DNA of 64,000 nt from an uncultured Chloroflexia bacterium. Lineage in GTDB: Bacteria; Chloroflexota; Limnocylindria; QHBO01. Made by a program: the position numbers and the translations under genes. The notes below the pieces were generated by a model. It made no database searches. It was not told the origin of the DNA and was given only the letters and a program-made list of their open reading frames with translations. Position 1 is the stretch's first letter; each line of letters begins with the position of its first letter. The stretch spans positions 192,001-256,000 of the forward strand of contig CAWFCQ010000008.1 in assembly GCA_963814375.1 (NCBI GenBank), given 5' to 3'. Below, one piece after another: positions 11,021 to 21,394 of this stretch.

Positions 11021-12288
11021 GAACGGCGGCGGCGACGGCCGGGCGAGGCGGCCTCCGTCGCGGGACGGGCGCGACGGTATCGGTCTCCGATGAGGTCCCA
11101 GAGGCGCTCCGCCACCTGGCGCTTGGGGAGCATCGGCCAGTCGGTCAGCGATCCCTCGCCGCCGAAGACGGTCACCTTGTTCTCGTCCGAGCCGATGGCG
11201 TCGAACGGCCCGCCGACGACGTTGCCGACGATGAGGTCGAGCCCCTTGTCGCGCAGCTTGCCAACCGCGTTGGCCTCGAGGTCGTCGGACTCTGCGGCGA
11301 AGCCGATGAGGAAGGGGCGCACGTCCTCGGGCATCTCGCCCACCTCGGCGACGATGTCTGGATTTGGGACGAGCTCGATCTGGATGTTCTCGCCCGAGCG
11401 CTTGATCTTGCGCTGGCTGGCCCGCGCCGGCGCGAAGTCGGCGACCGCCGCGGCCATGACGAGGATGTCGGCCTGGGGAGCGGCCCGCAGCACCGCCTCC
11501 CGCATCGCCTGGGCGGTGGTCGCGTCGACGACCGTGACGCCACGCGGCGGGGTGACGCTCATGGCGCCGGCGACGAGCGTGACGGCGGCACCCCGGTCGC
11601 GCGCCGCCTCGGCGATCGCGGCGCCCATCTTGCCCGACGAGCGATTGCCGATGAAACGCACCGGATCGAGCGGCTCGCGGGTTCCACCGGCGCTGACGAC
11701 GACGTGGAGTCCCTCGAGGTCGCCGGCACGCGCGAAGAGGCGCTCGACCGCCTCGACGATCGTCGGCGGCTCCGCCAGGCGGCCGATCCCGGTCAGGCCG
11801 GAGGCCAGCTCGCCGACCTCGGGCTCGATGACGAGGTAGCCGAACTCCCGCAGCGTGGCGACGTTGCGCTGGGTGGCGGGATGCGTCCACATCCCGGCAT
11901 CCATCGCCGGCGCGACGATGACCGGGGCGCGGCTGGCGCAGGCGATGGCGGTCACGGCGTCGGCCACCAGGCCGGCGGCGAGCTCGCCCAGGAGGTTCGC
12001 AGTGGCCGGGGCGAGGACGATCGCATCGGCCGCCTCCGCCAGCTCGATATGCGCGATCTGCTGGTCGGAGTCGAGCTCGAAGACGTCGTCGAGGACGGGG
12101 CGGTGCGTGAGGCTGGCGAAGGTGAGCGGCCCGACGAAACGCGTGGCGGCGGCGGTCATGGCGACGTCGACGACTGCGCCGCGCTCGGTGAGCAGCCGTA
12201 CCAGGGTGACGGCCTTGTAGGCGGCGATGCTGCCGGAGACGCCGACGACGATGCGCCGCCCGGCGAGCGGCCCGAGGGTCTCGTTCAT
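11017..12288 (-). CDS. coaBC: Bifunctional phosphopantothenoylcysteine decarboxylase/synthase
   Basis: GVSGSIAAYK, APATAN, GGTREPLDPVRFIGNRSSGKMG, AAVADF and GFAAE motifs. Confidence 0.95.
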   Translation of the reverse strand: MNETLGPLAGRRIVVGVSGSIAAYKAVTLVRLLTERGAVVDVAMTAAATRFVGPLTFASLTHRPVLDDVFELDSDQQIAHIELAEAADAIVLAPATANLLGELAAGLVADAVTAIACASRAPVIVAPAMDAGMWTHPATQRNVATLREFGYLVIEPEVGELASGLTGIGRLAEPPTIVEAVERLFARAGDLEGLHVVVSAGGTREPLDPVRFIGNRSSGKMGAAIAEAARDRGAAVTLVAGAMSVTPPRGVTVVDATTAQAMREAVLRAAPQADILVMAAAVADFAPARASQRKIKRSGENIQIELVPNPDIVAEVGEMPEDVRPFLIGFAAESDDLEANAVGKLRDKGLDLIVGNVVGGPFDAIGSDENKVTVFGGEGSLTDWPMLPKRQVAERLWDLIGDRYRRARPATEAASPGRRRRRS

Positions 12289-13112
12289 CGATCGCCCGCC
12301 GCGGCGCGCTCGCGCTCCCGCTCGCGGATCCTCGCCCAGCCGTACTGGATTCCACGCAACGTGAGGTCCTTCTCGACGGCGTCGATCCCCGGCACCTCGG
12401 CCAGCCACGGCTGATGGGTGTAGCCGCCGGTCGCGATCACGGTCACGCGGGCGGTCGCCGGGGAGCGCTCGAGGAGCTCGCCGCGCAGCGCGGTGAGCAG
12501 GCCGCTGACGAGGCCGATGTAGCCGAGCACGGCACCCGACTGCATGGCGTGAACGGTGTTGGCGCCGATGGCGCTCGGTGGCCGCCGAAGCTCGATCCGG
12601 GGCAGCTTGCTGGCCCGTCCCACGAGGGCTTCCAGGCTCAGGCCCATGCCCGGAGCGATGGCCCCGCCGATATACGCCCCGTCGGCGTCGACGAGGTCGA
12701 AGTTCGTGCTCGTGCCCAGGTCGATGACGATCGCCGGCCCCCCGAACTCGGTGCGCGCCGCGAGTGCGTTGGCCAGCCGGTCGGCGCCTGCCTCTGTGGG
12801 CCGATCGATCCGGATCTCGAGGATGCCCTCGAGCGAGGTCGCATCGATGATCGCCGGCTCCAGGCCCACGCGCTCGGTCGCGAGCCTCTCCCAGGTCTCG
12901 GTCAGCGGCGGCACGACGCTGGCGAGGGCGATGGCATCGAGCTCGTCGAGGCGATGGCCGTCGAGCGCGAGGAGGGCGGAGAGCGCGGCGGCCACCTCAT
13001 CGGTGGTGGCATTGGCCCGAGTGATGGCGCGCCAGGAGCGCGCCAGGCGGTCGTCCTCGAAGAGGCCGATGGTGACGTTCGTGTTCCCGATGTCGGCCGC
13101 CAGCAGCTTCAC
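12285..13112 (-). CDS. coaX: Type III pantothenate kinase
   Basis: DIGNTN, GADR, IDLGTS, GGAIAPG and ATGG motifs; TACGAT -10 lies 7 nt before the GTG. Confidence 0.93.
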   Translation of the reverse strand: MKLLAADIGNTNVTIGLFEDDRLARSWRAITRANATTDEVAAALSALLALDGHRLDELDAIALASVVPPLTETWERLATERVGLEPAIIDATSLEGILEIRIDRPTEAGADRLANALAARTEFGGPAIVIDLGTSTNFDLVDADGAYIGGAIAPGMGLSLEALVGRASKLPRIELRRPPSAIGANTVHAMQSGAVLGYIGLVSGLLTALRGELLERSPATARVTVIATGGYTHQPWLAEVPGIDAVEKDLTLRGIQYGWARIRERERERAAAGDR

Positions 13113-13202
13113 GGCCGGTATCGTAGCAGCCGCTCTGCGGCGAACCGCCGCACGGAGGACCGGTGCTAGACTCGCCGACGACCCCAGCACAGAGCGAGCC
13201 CG

Positions 13203-13710
13203 ATGTCCGAGGCGCGTGCCAAGCTCTACATCAACACGGGCGTCGTCACCGCCAAGAGTGACATCTACAACATCCTGCGCCCGCTGCTGAAGCAGACCGT
13301 CAGCTATCGGTACTACCGTGGCCAGAAGGTCGAGTCGACCGGGACCGGCTGGGTGGAGCGGATCGTGGTCGATCACCCCGACATCGCCTCCTACTTCACG
13401 CCCCTGGCGATCTGCCTCAACCTCGACTCGTTCGACTATCTCCAGTTCGACACGACCAGCGAGCAGCTGCTGGTCTACACGCTCACGGTCGGCAGCGAGC
13501 GGGTCGTGCTCGAGTTCGCGGCAGGCGGCCAGCCACGGCTCGGGATGGACGACGAGGACGGCGCGCCACAGGACGGGCCGCCGGCCATTGCCACGAAATG
13601 CCGACGAGCTGGCTCGGGACCTGCGCTTCATCCAGATGGAGCTGCTCATGGCAGCCGACCCTGACACGGCCGAGGGAGAGCGTTCGGACGAGGACGAGGA
13701 CGGCGCGTGA
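13203..13710 (+). CDS. Hypothetical protein (probable frameshift near 13590)
   Basis: Protein-like ORF from 13203; C-terminus (ADELARDLRFIQMELL...) continues in another frame to a stop overlapping the next GTG. Confidence 0.65.
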
Positions 13711-15032
13711 CCGCTTCCCCGGCCCGGGCCCGACCGCGTTCGGTTCCCACGCATCGGCGCACCGTGCTGCCGAGCGGGCTCCGAGTGGTGACCCAGGCGA
13801 TGCCGGGCGCACGCTCGGCCAGCGTCGCGATCTTCGTGCCGGTCGGCTCGCGCCACGAGGACGCGGCGCACGCGGGGCTCTCGCACCTGCTGGAGCACCT
13901 CGTCTTCAAGGGGACCCGAGCGCACCCCGAGCCTGGCGCGCTGTCGCAGGTCGTCGAGGGCGTCGGCGGCAGCGTCAACGCCAGCACCGATCGCGAGCTC
14001 ACGGTCTTCAGCTCGAAGGTCCCGGCCGAGCGGCTCGACGTGGCCCTCCACGCGGTGAGCGAGCTCGCCCTTCATCCGATGCTGCGCCGCGCGGACCTGT
14101 CGGCCGAGAAGCCGGTCATCGTCGACGAGATCCGGATGTACGTCGACTCGCCTTCCGATCACGTGTTCACACTCTTCGACGAGCTCATGTACGGCAGCCA
14201 TCCGCTCGGGCGCGAGATCGCCGGAACGATCGGATCCGTGCGGCGGGCGACCCACCGCAACGTGCTCGACCACTGGCGGGCCTCCTATCGTCCGTCGGCC
14301 ATGGTGCTCGCCGTGGCCGGTGCGATCGATCACGAGGCCGTGGTCACCGCGGCGACGCCGTGGCAACCGGAAGGCCCGACACTGAACGGCGGCCCGTCGC
14401 GCCGACCGCCCGTTGCCGCGCCGGCGCCGCAACCCGGTGAGCCGGGCGCCATGCGCGTCTCCTATCGCAGGCTCAGCCAGGGCAACCTGTGCCTCGGCAT
14501 GCCGGGCGTGGCTCGCGACGATGCCGACCGCTGGGCGCTTGACCTGCTCGGCGCCGTCCTCGGCGACGGGATGGGCAGCCGCCTCTTCCTGGAGCTTCGA
14601 GAGCGCCGCTCGCTCGTGTACGACATCTCGACCTTCAGCTCGACCTACTCCGACGCGGGCACCTTCGGCATCCACGCCGGCTTCGCCCCGGAGGACGCGG
14701 AGCCCGTCGTGCGCGCGATCGTCGAGCAGCTCGACCGGATCACCACCGTGGAGGTGTCGCAGGCAGAGCTCGACCGGGCACGGGCCTACACGCGCGGCCG
14801 GCTCGAGCTGCGAATGGAGGACTCGGGCGCCGTGGCAGGCTGGATCGGCACCGGCGAGACGCTGCTCCCGCGCATCCTGCTCGTCGAGGAGGTGATCGAG
14901 CGACTCGATGCCGTCACCACCGCCGACATCCTTCGCGTGGCTCAGCGGCTCATCGCGCCGCCCCAGGCTCGCCTCGCGGTCCTCGGGCCGTTCCGCGCCC
15001 GGCGCCCGTTCGAGCGGGCGCTGAAGTCGTGA
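13707..15032 (+). CDS. M16 family (pitrilysin-like) zinc peptidase
   Basis: GLSHLLEH inverted HXXEH motif, NASTD, and SRLFLELRE. Confidence 0.92.
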   Translation: MTASPARARPRSVPTHRRTVLPSGLRVVTQAMPGARSASVAIFVPVGSRHEDAAHAGLSHLLEHLVFKGTRAHPEPGALSQVVEGVGGSVNASTDRELTVFSSKVPAERLDVALHAVSELALHPMLRRADLSAEKPVIVDEIRMYVDSPSDHVFTLFDELMYGSHPLGREIAGTIGSVRRATHRNVLDHWRASYRPSAMVLAVAGAIDHEAVVTAATPWQPEGPTLNGGPSRRPPVAAPAPQPGEPGAMRVSYRRLSQGNLCLGMPGVARDDADRWALDLLGAVLGDGMGSRLFLELRERRSLVYDISTFSSTYSDAGTFGIHAGFAPEDAEPVVRAIVEQLDRITTVEVSQAELDRARAYTRGRLELRMEDSGAVAGWIGTGETLLPRILLVEEVIERLDAVTTADILRVAQRLIAPPQARLAVLGPFRARRPFERALKS

Positions 15033-15823
15033 GTGACGCGGACGAGGTCGAAGAGCCGCGCTCGATCGACCTGATCGCCGACGAGCTCGCGCTGGCGCGG
15101 GCCCAGCTCGACGCCGGGCAGCCCGCGCTTGCCGAGGGAACGGTCCGGCGCCGCATGGCGCACCTCGAGGCCGACGGGGCCGACGCGAACGAGGAGACCG
15201 ACGCGCTGCGCGTCCAGCTGGCCGAGTCACTGTGGCGGCAGGGACGGCCTCTTGCGGCCCGCACGGCGCTCGAGTCCACACGCCCCGGCAGCTCGCAGCG
15301 GCGTCTGCCGATCGCGATCCTCATCGATGCCGAGACGCTCGCGGCCGTCGGTGAGATGGACCGCGCGGCCGGCGCACAGGAGCGGCTGCTGGCCGCGATC
15401 GGGCCGGACGAGGCGTTCGAGCTGCGCGGCGGCGTGCCCGGACGCCTGGCATGGCCGCTGCCGGCCGCCCTGCGTCCCGAGCCCGCGGTGGCGCAGCGAG
15501 CACCGTGGGTCGATGCGCAGGACGACGCCGAGCCGGAGCCGGCCGTCGGCGAGGACGCGCGCGTCACGGCGGGCCGAGAGCGGATGGAGAGCGCGCGGGT
15601 CGCGTACGTGGCCGGCGATCTCGAGCGTGGCGACACCGACATGTCGCTCGCCGTTCGCCTCGACGCCAGCCTCGCCGGCGACGGCGTGGCGATCCTCGAG
15701 CCCACCCTCGGCGGCCAGCCCACTCCGGAGCGTCTGCTACTCTACGGCGACCTGCTGCGAGCCGCCGGGCGCGAGGTCGAGGCCGACCGAGCCGTCGACC
15801 GCGCCGCGCAGCGGCAGGACTGA
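15029..15823 (+). CDS. Hypothetical helical (TPR-like) protein
   Basis: Ala/Leu-rich helical repeats; GTGA overlap with the upstream gene. Confidence 0.65.
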   Translation: MSDADEVEEPRSIDLIADELALARAQLDAGQPALAEGTVRRRMAHLEADGADANEETDALRVQLAESLWRQGRPLAARTALESTRPGSSQRRLPIAILIDAETLAAVGEMDRAAGAQERLLAAIGPDEAFELRGGVPGRLAWPLPAALRPEPAVAQRAPWVDAQDDAEPEPAVGEDARVTAGRERMESARVAYVAGDLERGDTDMSLAVRLDASLAGDGVAILEPTLGGQPTPERLLLYGDLLRAAGREVEADRAVDRAAQRQD

Positions 15824-15851
15824 TCCCACCGAACCAGGAGACGGCCTCGTC

Positions 15852-16322
15852 ATGCAGCGCACCCTCGTCCTCGCCAAGCCCGACGCCGTGCAGCGTGGCC
15901 TCATCGGCGAGATCCTCGGCCGCTTCGAGCGCAAGGGACTCAAGGTCGTCGGCCTGCGATTTCTCGACGTCAGCGGCGAGATGGCCGAGGAGCATTACGC
16001 CGTCCACGCCGGCAAGCACTTCTACGCCGGGCTGGTCGAGTTCATCACCTCCGGCCCGGTGGCCGCCATCGCGTTGGAGGGCCCGGACGCGATCGCCGTC
16101 GTGCGGCGCATGGTCGGCAAGACGATGCCGAACGAGGCCGAGCCTGGGACCATTCGTGGCGACCTCGGCGTGAGCGGGCTGCGCAACCTGATCCATGCCT
16201 CGGACGCGCCGGAAACCGCGGAGGCCGAGCTCGGGCTCTGGTTCGGCGCCGATGCGCTCGTCGACTATGGGCGCGAGGTCGATGCCTGGATCGTGGCCGA
16301 GGAGCCGGCGCCGGCCGGCTAG
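15852..16322 (+). CDS. ndk: Nucleoside-diphosphate kinase
   Basis: KPDAVQRGL, PGTIRGD and NLIHASD motifs; AGGAG RBS. Confidence 0.96.
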   Translation: MQRTLVLAKPDAVQRGLIGEILGRFERKGLKVVGLRFLDVSGEMAEEHYAVHAGKHFYAGLVEFITSGPVAAIALEGPDAIAVVRRMVGKTMPNEAEPGTIRGDLGVSGLRNLIHASDAPETAEAELGLWFGADALVDYGREVDAWIVAEEPAPAG

Positions 16323-16996
16323 CTCTCCGTCGCGGTCAGCGTCGGGTACTCCGGGCGCTCGATCAGGCCAACCCGCTCGAGCGGGAAGTAGCGCAGCCAG
16401 GCCCGCCCGATGATGAGGTCCTCGTCGACAGGCCCGAAGACGCGCGAGTCCTGGCTGTGGGGACGGTTGTCTCCCATCACGAAGTACTCGTTCTCGCCCA
16501 CGATCCAGCTGAGCGGGCAGTCGGCGCGCGGGCACTGCGTCGGCGCCGTGGAGCCGTCCTCCTCCGTCACGACGTAGGGCTCCTCGATGCGCACCGGGCT
16601 CTCGCCTGGGCGCGTGACGAAGACGCGTCCGTTCTCGAGGCTCACGGTGTCGCCCGGCATGCCGATGATGCGCTTGATAAAGGGAATGCCATCGGTCTCG
16701 AGCCCGGAGCCGGTGGGCGGGTCGAAGACGACGACGTCGCCGTAGTGGTAGCCATCGAATCGCGTCGTGAGCTTGTCGATGAGGATGTACTCGCCGTCCA
16801 CGATGGTCGGGAACATCGAGCTCTGCTGCACCTCGAACGGCTGCGCCACGAAGTTGTGGATCACGAGGTAGATGAGGAGCGTCAGAACCAGCGTCTCGAC
16901 GATCTCGAACGCGCAGCCGAGGGCACGGCGCGAACCGGCGCGCTCGCCATCGGCGGGCGCGCCGGAAGGATCGGCGTCGTCGGAGAGGTAGGTCAT
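16319..16996 (-). CDS. lepB: Signal peptidase I
   Basis: N-terminal TM helix, SSMFPT (Ser), FIKRIIG (Lys), GDNRPHSQDSR. Confidence 0.94.
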   Translation of the reverse strand: MTYLSDDADPSGAPADGERAGSRRALGCAFEIVETLVLTLLIYLVIHNFVAQPFEVQQSSMFPTIVDGEYILIDKLTTRFDGYHYGDVVVFDPPTGSGLETDGIPFIKRIIGMPGDTVSLENGRVFVTRPGESPVRIEEPYVVTEEDGSTAPTQCPRADCPLSWIVGENEYFVMGDNRPHSQDSRVFGPVDEDLIIGRAWLRYFPLERVGLIERPEYPTLTATES

Positions 16997-17063
16997 CGGC
17001 CCTGGGCTGCGGGGACGGGAGGGCACAGAATAGCGCACCGGCTCGTTTAGACTCGCTCGACCG

Positions 17064-17717
17064 ATGGGCACCCTCGTCCTCGTTCGCCACTCGATCACCG
17101 CGGCCTCCGCAGCGGGGCGCAACCTCGGCCAGCGCAGCGACCCGCCGCTCGCCGCCGAAGGGGTGGAGCTGGCCGGCAGGCTGGCCGCGACCCTGGCCCT
17201 CGAGCTCACCGAGCTGCCGCACGACGAGGTCCGTCTCCTCAGCAGCCCTGCGCTGCGCTGCCGTCAGACCGCCGAGATCCTCGCGACCGCCGTGGCAGCG
17301 GGAGCCGGCGCGGATGGCAGCGAGATCGAGATCCATCCTGGCCTGATCGAGATCGACTACGGCGCGTGGGACGGTCTCACCGCCGACGAATGCCGCGCGC
17401 GCGACCCGGAGGTCCGAGCGGCCTGGGAGGCGGACCCGTTCACCACCCGCTGCCCGGAGGGCGAGAGCGGCGCCGACGTGGCCGAGCGCGCGTTTGCCGC
17501 TTTCGATCCACTGGAAGACTGGCTTGCGGCCGATCGGGCGAGGTGCGCGATCGTCGTGGCGCACAACCACGTCAACCGTCTCCGGCTGTGCGCCGTCTTC
17601 GGCTGGCCGATGCGCGAGTATCGCGATCGGCTTTCGCAGGATCCGGCCGGCTACAGCATCATCGGCTTCGGAGGCGAGACGCCGGTCATCCGGCGCGTGA
17701 ACGCCGCCCCGGCCTGA
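17064..17717 (+). CDS. Histidine phosphatase family protein
   Basis: LVRHS, SSPALRCRQTA, EIDYGAWDG, GES and VVAH motifs. Confidence 0.85.
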   Translation: MGTLVLVRHSITAASAAGRNLGQRSDPPLAAEGVELAGRLAATLALELTELPHDEVRLLSSPALRCRQTAEILATAVAAGAGADGSEIEIHPGLIEIDYGAWDGLTADECRARDPEVRAAWEADPFTTRCPEGESGADVAERAFAAFDPLEDWLAADRARCAIVVAHNHVNRLRLCAVFGWPMREYRDRLSQDPAGYSIIGFGGETPVIRRVNAAPA

Positions 17718-17778
17718 GCGATCGCACGGCGGTCGCGGCAGGCATCCCTATAATCCGGGTCCCGTACTGCGAGGCTCC

Positions 17779-19197
17779 ATGTCGGTCGAGGTCAGTCAGC
17801 AGCTCCAGCCGGTGATGCAGGTCAAGGTCACGCCGAAGCAGATCGCGGCGAACTACATCCTGCAGATGAGCTCGGTTCAGCTGCAGGACGCCATCTCCCA
17901 GGAGCTGGACGAGAACCCCGCGCTCGAGATGCAGGAGCTGCCGACCTGCCCGATCTGCGGAAGCCCGGTCGTCGGCAACTACTGCACCGACTGCATGCCG
18001 CGCAAGGCCGAGGGCGACGGCGACGACCCGGCGCGGGTGAGCGCCGATGACCTGCCCGGAGACGGCGCCACTCGCCTTCGCGACGAGGCGGACGAGTTCG
18101 ACCCGATCGCGCGCGCCGAGGCCGACTTCACGCTCGAGGACCATCTGACCTGGAACCTCCATGCGCTCCTGCCGTCAGCCCTCCATCCGGTCGCCGACCA
18201 CGTCATCGGCGCGCTCGACTCGAGCGGCTTTCTCACCGAGTCCGATGCCGAGGTCGCAGCGGCGACCGGCGTCACGACCGCCGACGTCGAGCAGGTGCTC
18301 GACGCCATGAAGGGGCTCGAGCCGATCGGGATCGGCTCTCGCTCGATCACCGAGTCACTGCTGGCGCAGATCGACTACCTCATCGAGCTGGGCGAGCCGG
18401 AGATCCCACCGTTCGCGGTCGAAGTGGTTCGCGACCACCTGGCGGACCTCGGCGAGCGCCGGTTCCGCGAGGTCGCGGCTGCGCTCGGGGCGACGCAGCG
18501 CGAGGTGATCGCGGTCTGGGAGTTCGTCAAGAGCAATCTCAATCCGTACCCGACCGCGGCCTTCACGGCGGCGGTCAGCGGCGAGGGTGGGCGCGCCATC
18601 GTTCGCCCCGATGTCCTGGTCCGGAGCGTCGACGGCGAGCTGATCGTCGAGGTGGTCGAGTCGCGCCGGTTCAGCCTGCGCGTGGCGCCGATCTACGCCT
18701 CGTTGAGCTCGACCCTGCGTGGCGCCCAGACGACCGAGGACGAGAAGCAGCACGTCCGCCAGTACGTCGGCCGCGCGAAGTTCTTCATCGACAACATCAA
18801 CCGGCGGCGCGCCACCATTCAGCGCATCGCCGAGGCGCTTGTCGATCGCCAGCGCGACTACCTGCTCCACGGCGTCCAGCACCTCGTCCCGCTGACCCGC
18901 GCCGAGGTGGGTGAGCTGATCGGCATGCACGAGTCGACCGTCAGCCGCGCGACGGCCGAGAAGTACGTGATGCTCCCGTCGGGCGAGGTGGTGCCGTTCA
19001 GCCACTTCTTCACCGCCTCGCTGGGCGTCAAGGACCAGATCAGGCGCATGATCGACGACGAGGACACCGCGCACCCGCTGTCGGACCAGGAGATCGCAGA
19101 TGCCCTCGGCGCCGAAGGCATCGTGCTCGCCCGCCGGACCGTCGCGAAGTATCGCGACGAGCTCCAGATCCTGCCCGCGCGCCTCCGGCATCGCTGA
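17779..19197 (+). CDS. rpoN: RNA polymerase sigma-54 factor
   Basis: Gln-rich region I, ELDENPALE, MHESTVSRA HTH, RpoN box ARRTVAKYR; TATAAT at about 17748. Confidence 0.93.
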   Translation: MSVEVSQQLQPVMQVKVTPKQIAANYILQMSSVQLQDAISQELDENPALEMQELPTCPICGSPVVGNYCTDCMPRKAEGDGDDPARVSADDLPGDGATRLRDEADEFDPIARAEADFTLEDHLTWNLHALLPSALHPVADHVIGALDSSGFLTESDAEVAAATGVTTADVEQVLDAMKGLEPIGIGSRSITESLLAQIDYLIELGEPEIPPFAVEVVRDHLADLGERRFREVAAALGATQREVIAVWEFVKSNLNPYPTAAFTAAVSGEGGRAIVRPDVLVRSVDGELIVEVVESRRFSLRVAPIYASLSSTLRGAQTTEDEKQHVRQYVGRAKFFIDNINRRRATIQRIAEALVDRQRDYLLHGVQHLVPLTRAEVGELIGMHESTVSRATAEKYVMLPSGEVVPFSHFFTASLGVKDQIRRMIDDEDTAHPLSDQEIADALGAEGIVLARRTVAKYRDELQILPARLRHR

Positions 19198-19218
19198 CCC
19201 GCACCGGTCGCTGCGCCG

Positions 19219-21251
19219 ATGCGGTCAGTCCTTCTCCGCACCCTCGCCGTGGTCGGCGCGGGCGGGCTCGTGCTGGCCGGCGTCCTCTACGTGGCGAGCA
19301 CCGTCGATGCGCGTGCCCCGCAGGTCGTCGGGATTCGCCTGACCCAGACTGCCGGCGACGACGCCCGGGTCGGCCTCATAACCACGAGCCTGGAGATCGC
19401 GTTCAGCGAGCCGGTCGAGGCCGAGGATGCCGCCGACTCGGTTTCGCTGCGGCCGTCGGTCGACGGGGCGGTCAGCTGGAGCGGCAGCACCATGATCCTG
19501 ACGCCCGCCGACCCGCTCCAGCTCGAGAGCGCCTACACGCTTCACATCGAGCCCGGGATCCATGACGTCGCCGGCAACGCCATGACGGAGGTTCCGCCGC
19601 CGTGGGAGTTCACGACGAGTGGGAGGCCGACCCTGGTGCAGTCGGTGCCGGAGGACGGCGGCGAGGACGTCCCGCTGGAGGAGCCGATTGCACTGACCTT
19701 CTCGAGCCTGATGGACACCGCGTCGGTCGAGGCCGCGCTGCGCCTGCGTCCGAGCTTCGGCCACGAGCTGCGCTGGAGCGGGAGCCTGCTCGAGATCGTG
19801 CCGACGCAGCCGCTCCGAGCGGGCCAGCGCTACGAGGTCTCGATCCAGGACGATGCCGCCGACGCCGCCGGGGTGGCGCTCGCGGAGGCGCTGCTCATCA
19901 GCTTCGAGACGGTGTCGCCGGGGCTGGCGGTCGAGACCCTCGTGCCCGCCGACGGTGTGGACGGCATCGCGGCCACCTCGCCGATCGCCGTCATCTTCGA
20001 TCGGCCGATTGATCCCGCCTCGGCCGACGAGGGGCTGCTGGTCATCACGCCGGAGCTGGCCGGCACGCTCGAGGTCGTTGCGCTTCCCGATGACCCGGCA
20101 TCGCCGGACGGCGCCGGATCGCTCCTTCGCTTCACGCCGTCCGGCCCGCTCCCGCCGAACACGACGTTCGAGGTCGAGCTGGCGGTCGGCGTCACCGCCC
20201 CGGAGGACGGTGGTGGCATGGGCGGGCCGGTGAGCTGGAGCTTCACCACCGGCGCGCCGCTGGACGCGATCTCGAACCGCATCACCTTCATCACCGATCG
20301 GGCCGGCGTCGCGAACGTGTGGGCCATGAACGCCGACGGGAGCGGCCAGCGCCAGGTCAGCGCCGAGCTCCTCCCCATCGTCGACTACGCCGTCGCGCCG
20401 GACGGCAGCTCCCTCGTGCTGGCGGATGGGTATCGGCTCGTCCATCAGCGTGCCGATGGGTCAGATCGCCAGGTGCTGACGGGCGAGGGCCTCGTCGAGT
20501 TCGACCCGACGTACTCTCCGAACGGACGGCGCATCGCCTTTGGCCGCTCCGATGCCGAGACGGGCGAAGGTCTCGGCCTGTGGGAGTGGGTGATCGGCGG
20601 AGGCGACCCGACGCCGATCGTCCTGCCCGACGACCCGGAAGCCGGACCGACGCCGTCCGGCCTGGTGGCGGCCGCGGCGCTGCGCGCGCCCCGCTACGCG
20701 CCGGACGGAGAGGCGCTGGCCTTCGCCGACCTCGACGGCCGCATCGGCATCCTCGACCTGCCGGCCGGACTCCTGTCCCGGCTCCATACGCGCCGGAGGC
20801 CGCCCCGACATGGCTGCCCGATGGATCTGGCGTGCTGCTGGGCGGCTCGCTGGACGCGTCGGTCGAGGCGGAACCGCTGATCGGCCCGGTGGAGCCGCTT
20901 GTGCCGGGCCGCGACGACGGCGTCCACCGCTTCGCGCGCTCCGGGCTCTCGGTCCAGGAGACCGCGCTCGGGGAGGGGGCGGTCGTCCTGGCCATTGCTG
21001 GCGACGGCACGATCGCGTACCTCGACGACGACGGAGATCTGCGGCTCACCGACGACCCGGACGAGGCCGGAGGCGACCCGATCGTCGCGGACGCGCGGGT
21101 CGTGGCGGCGTCCTTCGCGCCGGGGGAGGGGATGGCGGTCATCGTCGTCGCATCCGAGGGTGAGGTCGGGAGCGTCGAGCTGCTCGACCTGGCGACCGGC
21201 GAGCGCACGCCGCTGGCACCGGAGGGCTCGCGACCACGCTGGCTGCCCTGA
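19219..21251 (+). CDS. Secreted/anchored protein with three Big_5 Ig-like domains and TolB/PD40-like propeller (frameshift near 20790)
   Basis: N-terminal hydrophobic anchor; repeated 'I.FS/D.P...L...P...L.....Y' Ig units; PTYSPNGRRIAF and PRYAPDG repeats; PRWLP end lies in another frame. Confidence 0.78.
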
Positions 21252-21394
21252 AGGTCCCGGTGGTCCGTGCTAGAATCCGCCCGCCGTCGCTGGCGGGCAT
21301 GTGACGTAAGTCCTCCGCCGGCGATTCCTGTGCGTCAAACCCGGTCGAGTTCGAGCCCGCTTTCTCGTGGCCGCCGACCGCACTCGGAGGTCTC

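Noticed and set aside
11770-11915. CoaC motifs PAMD and GELASG lacking the E. coli Asn/Cys
   Set aside because: Similar Cys-less variants occur in CoaBC from other phyla as far as I recall, so this is not evidence of inactivity.
21268-21394. hppA 5' leader as a Na+ or other riboswitch
   Set aside because: A -10 box and one hairpin are visible, but I could not match any riboswitch consensus or expression platform.
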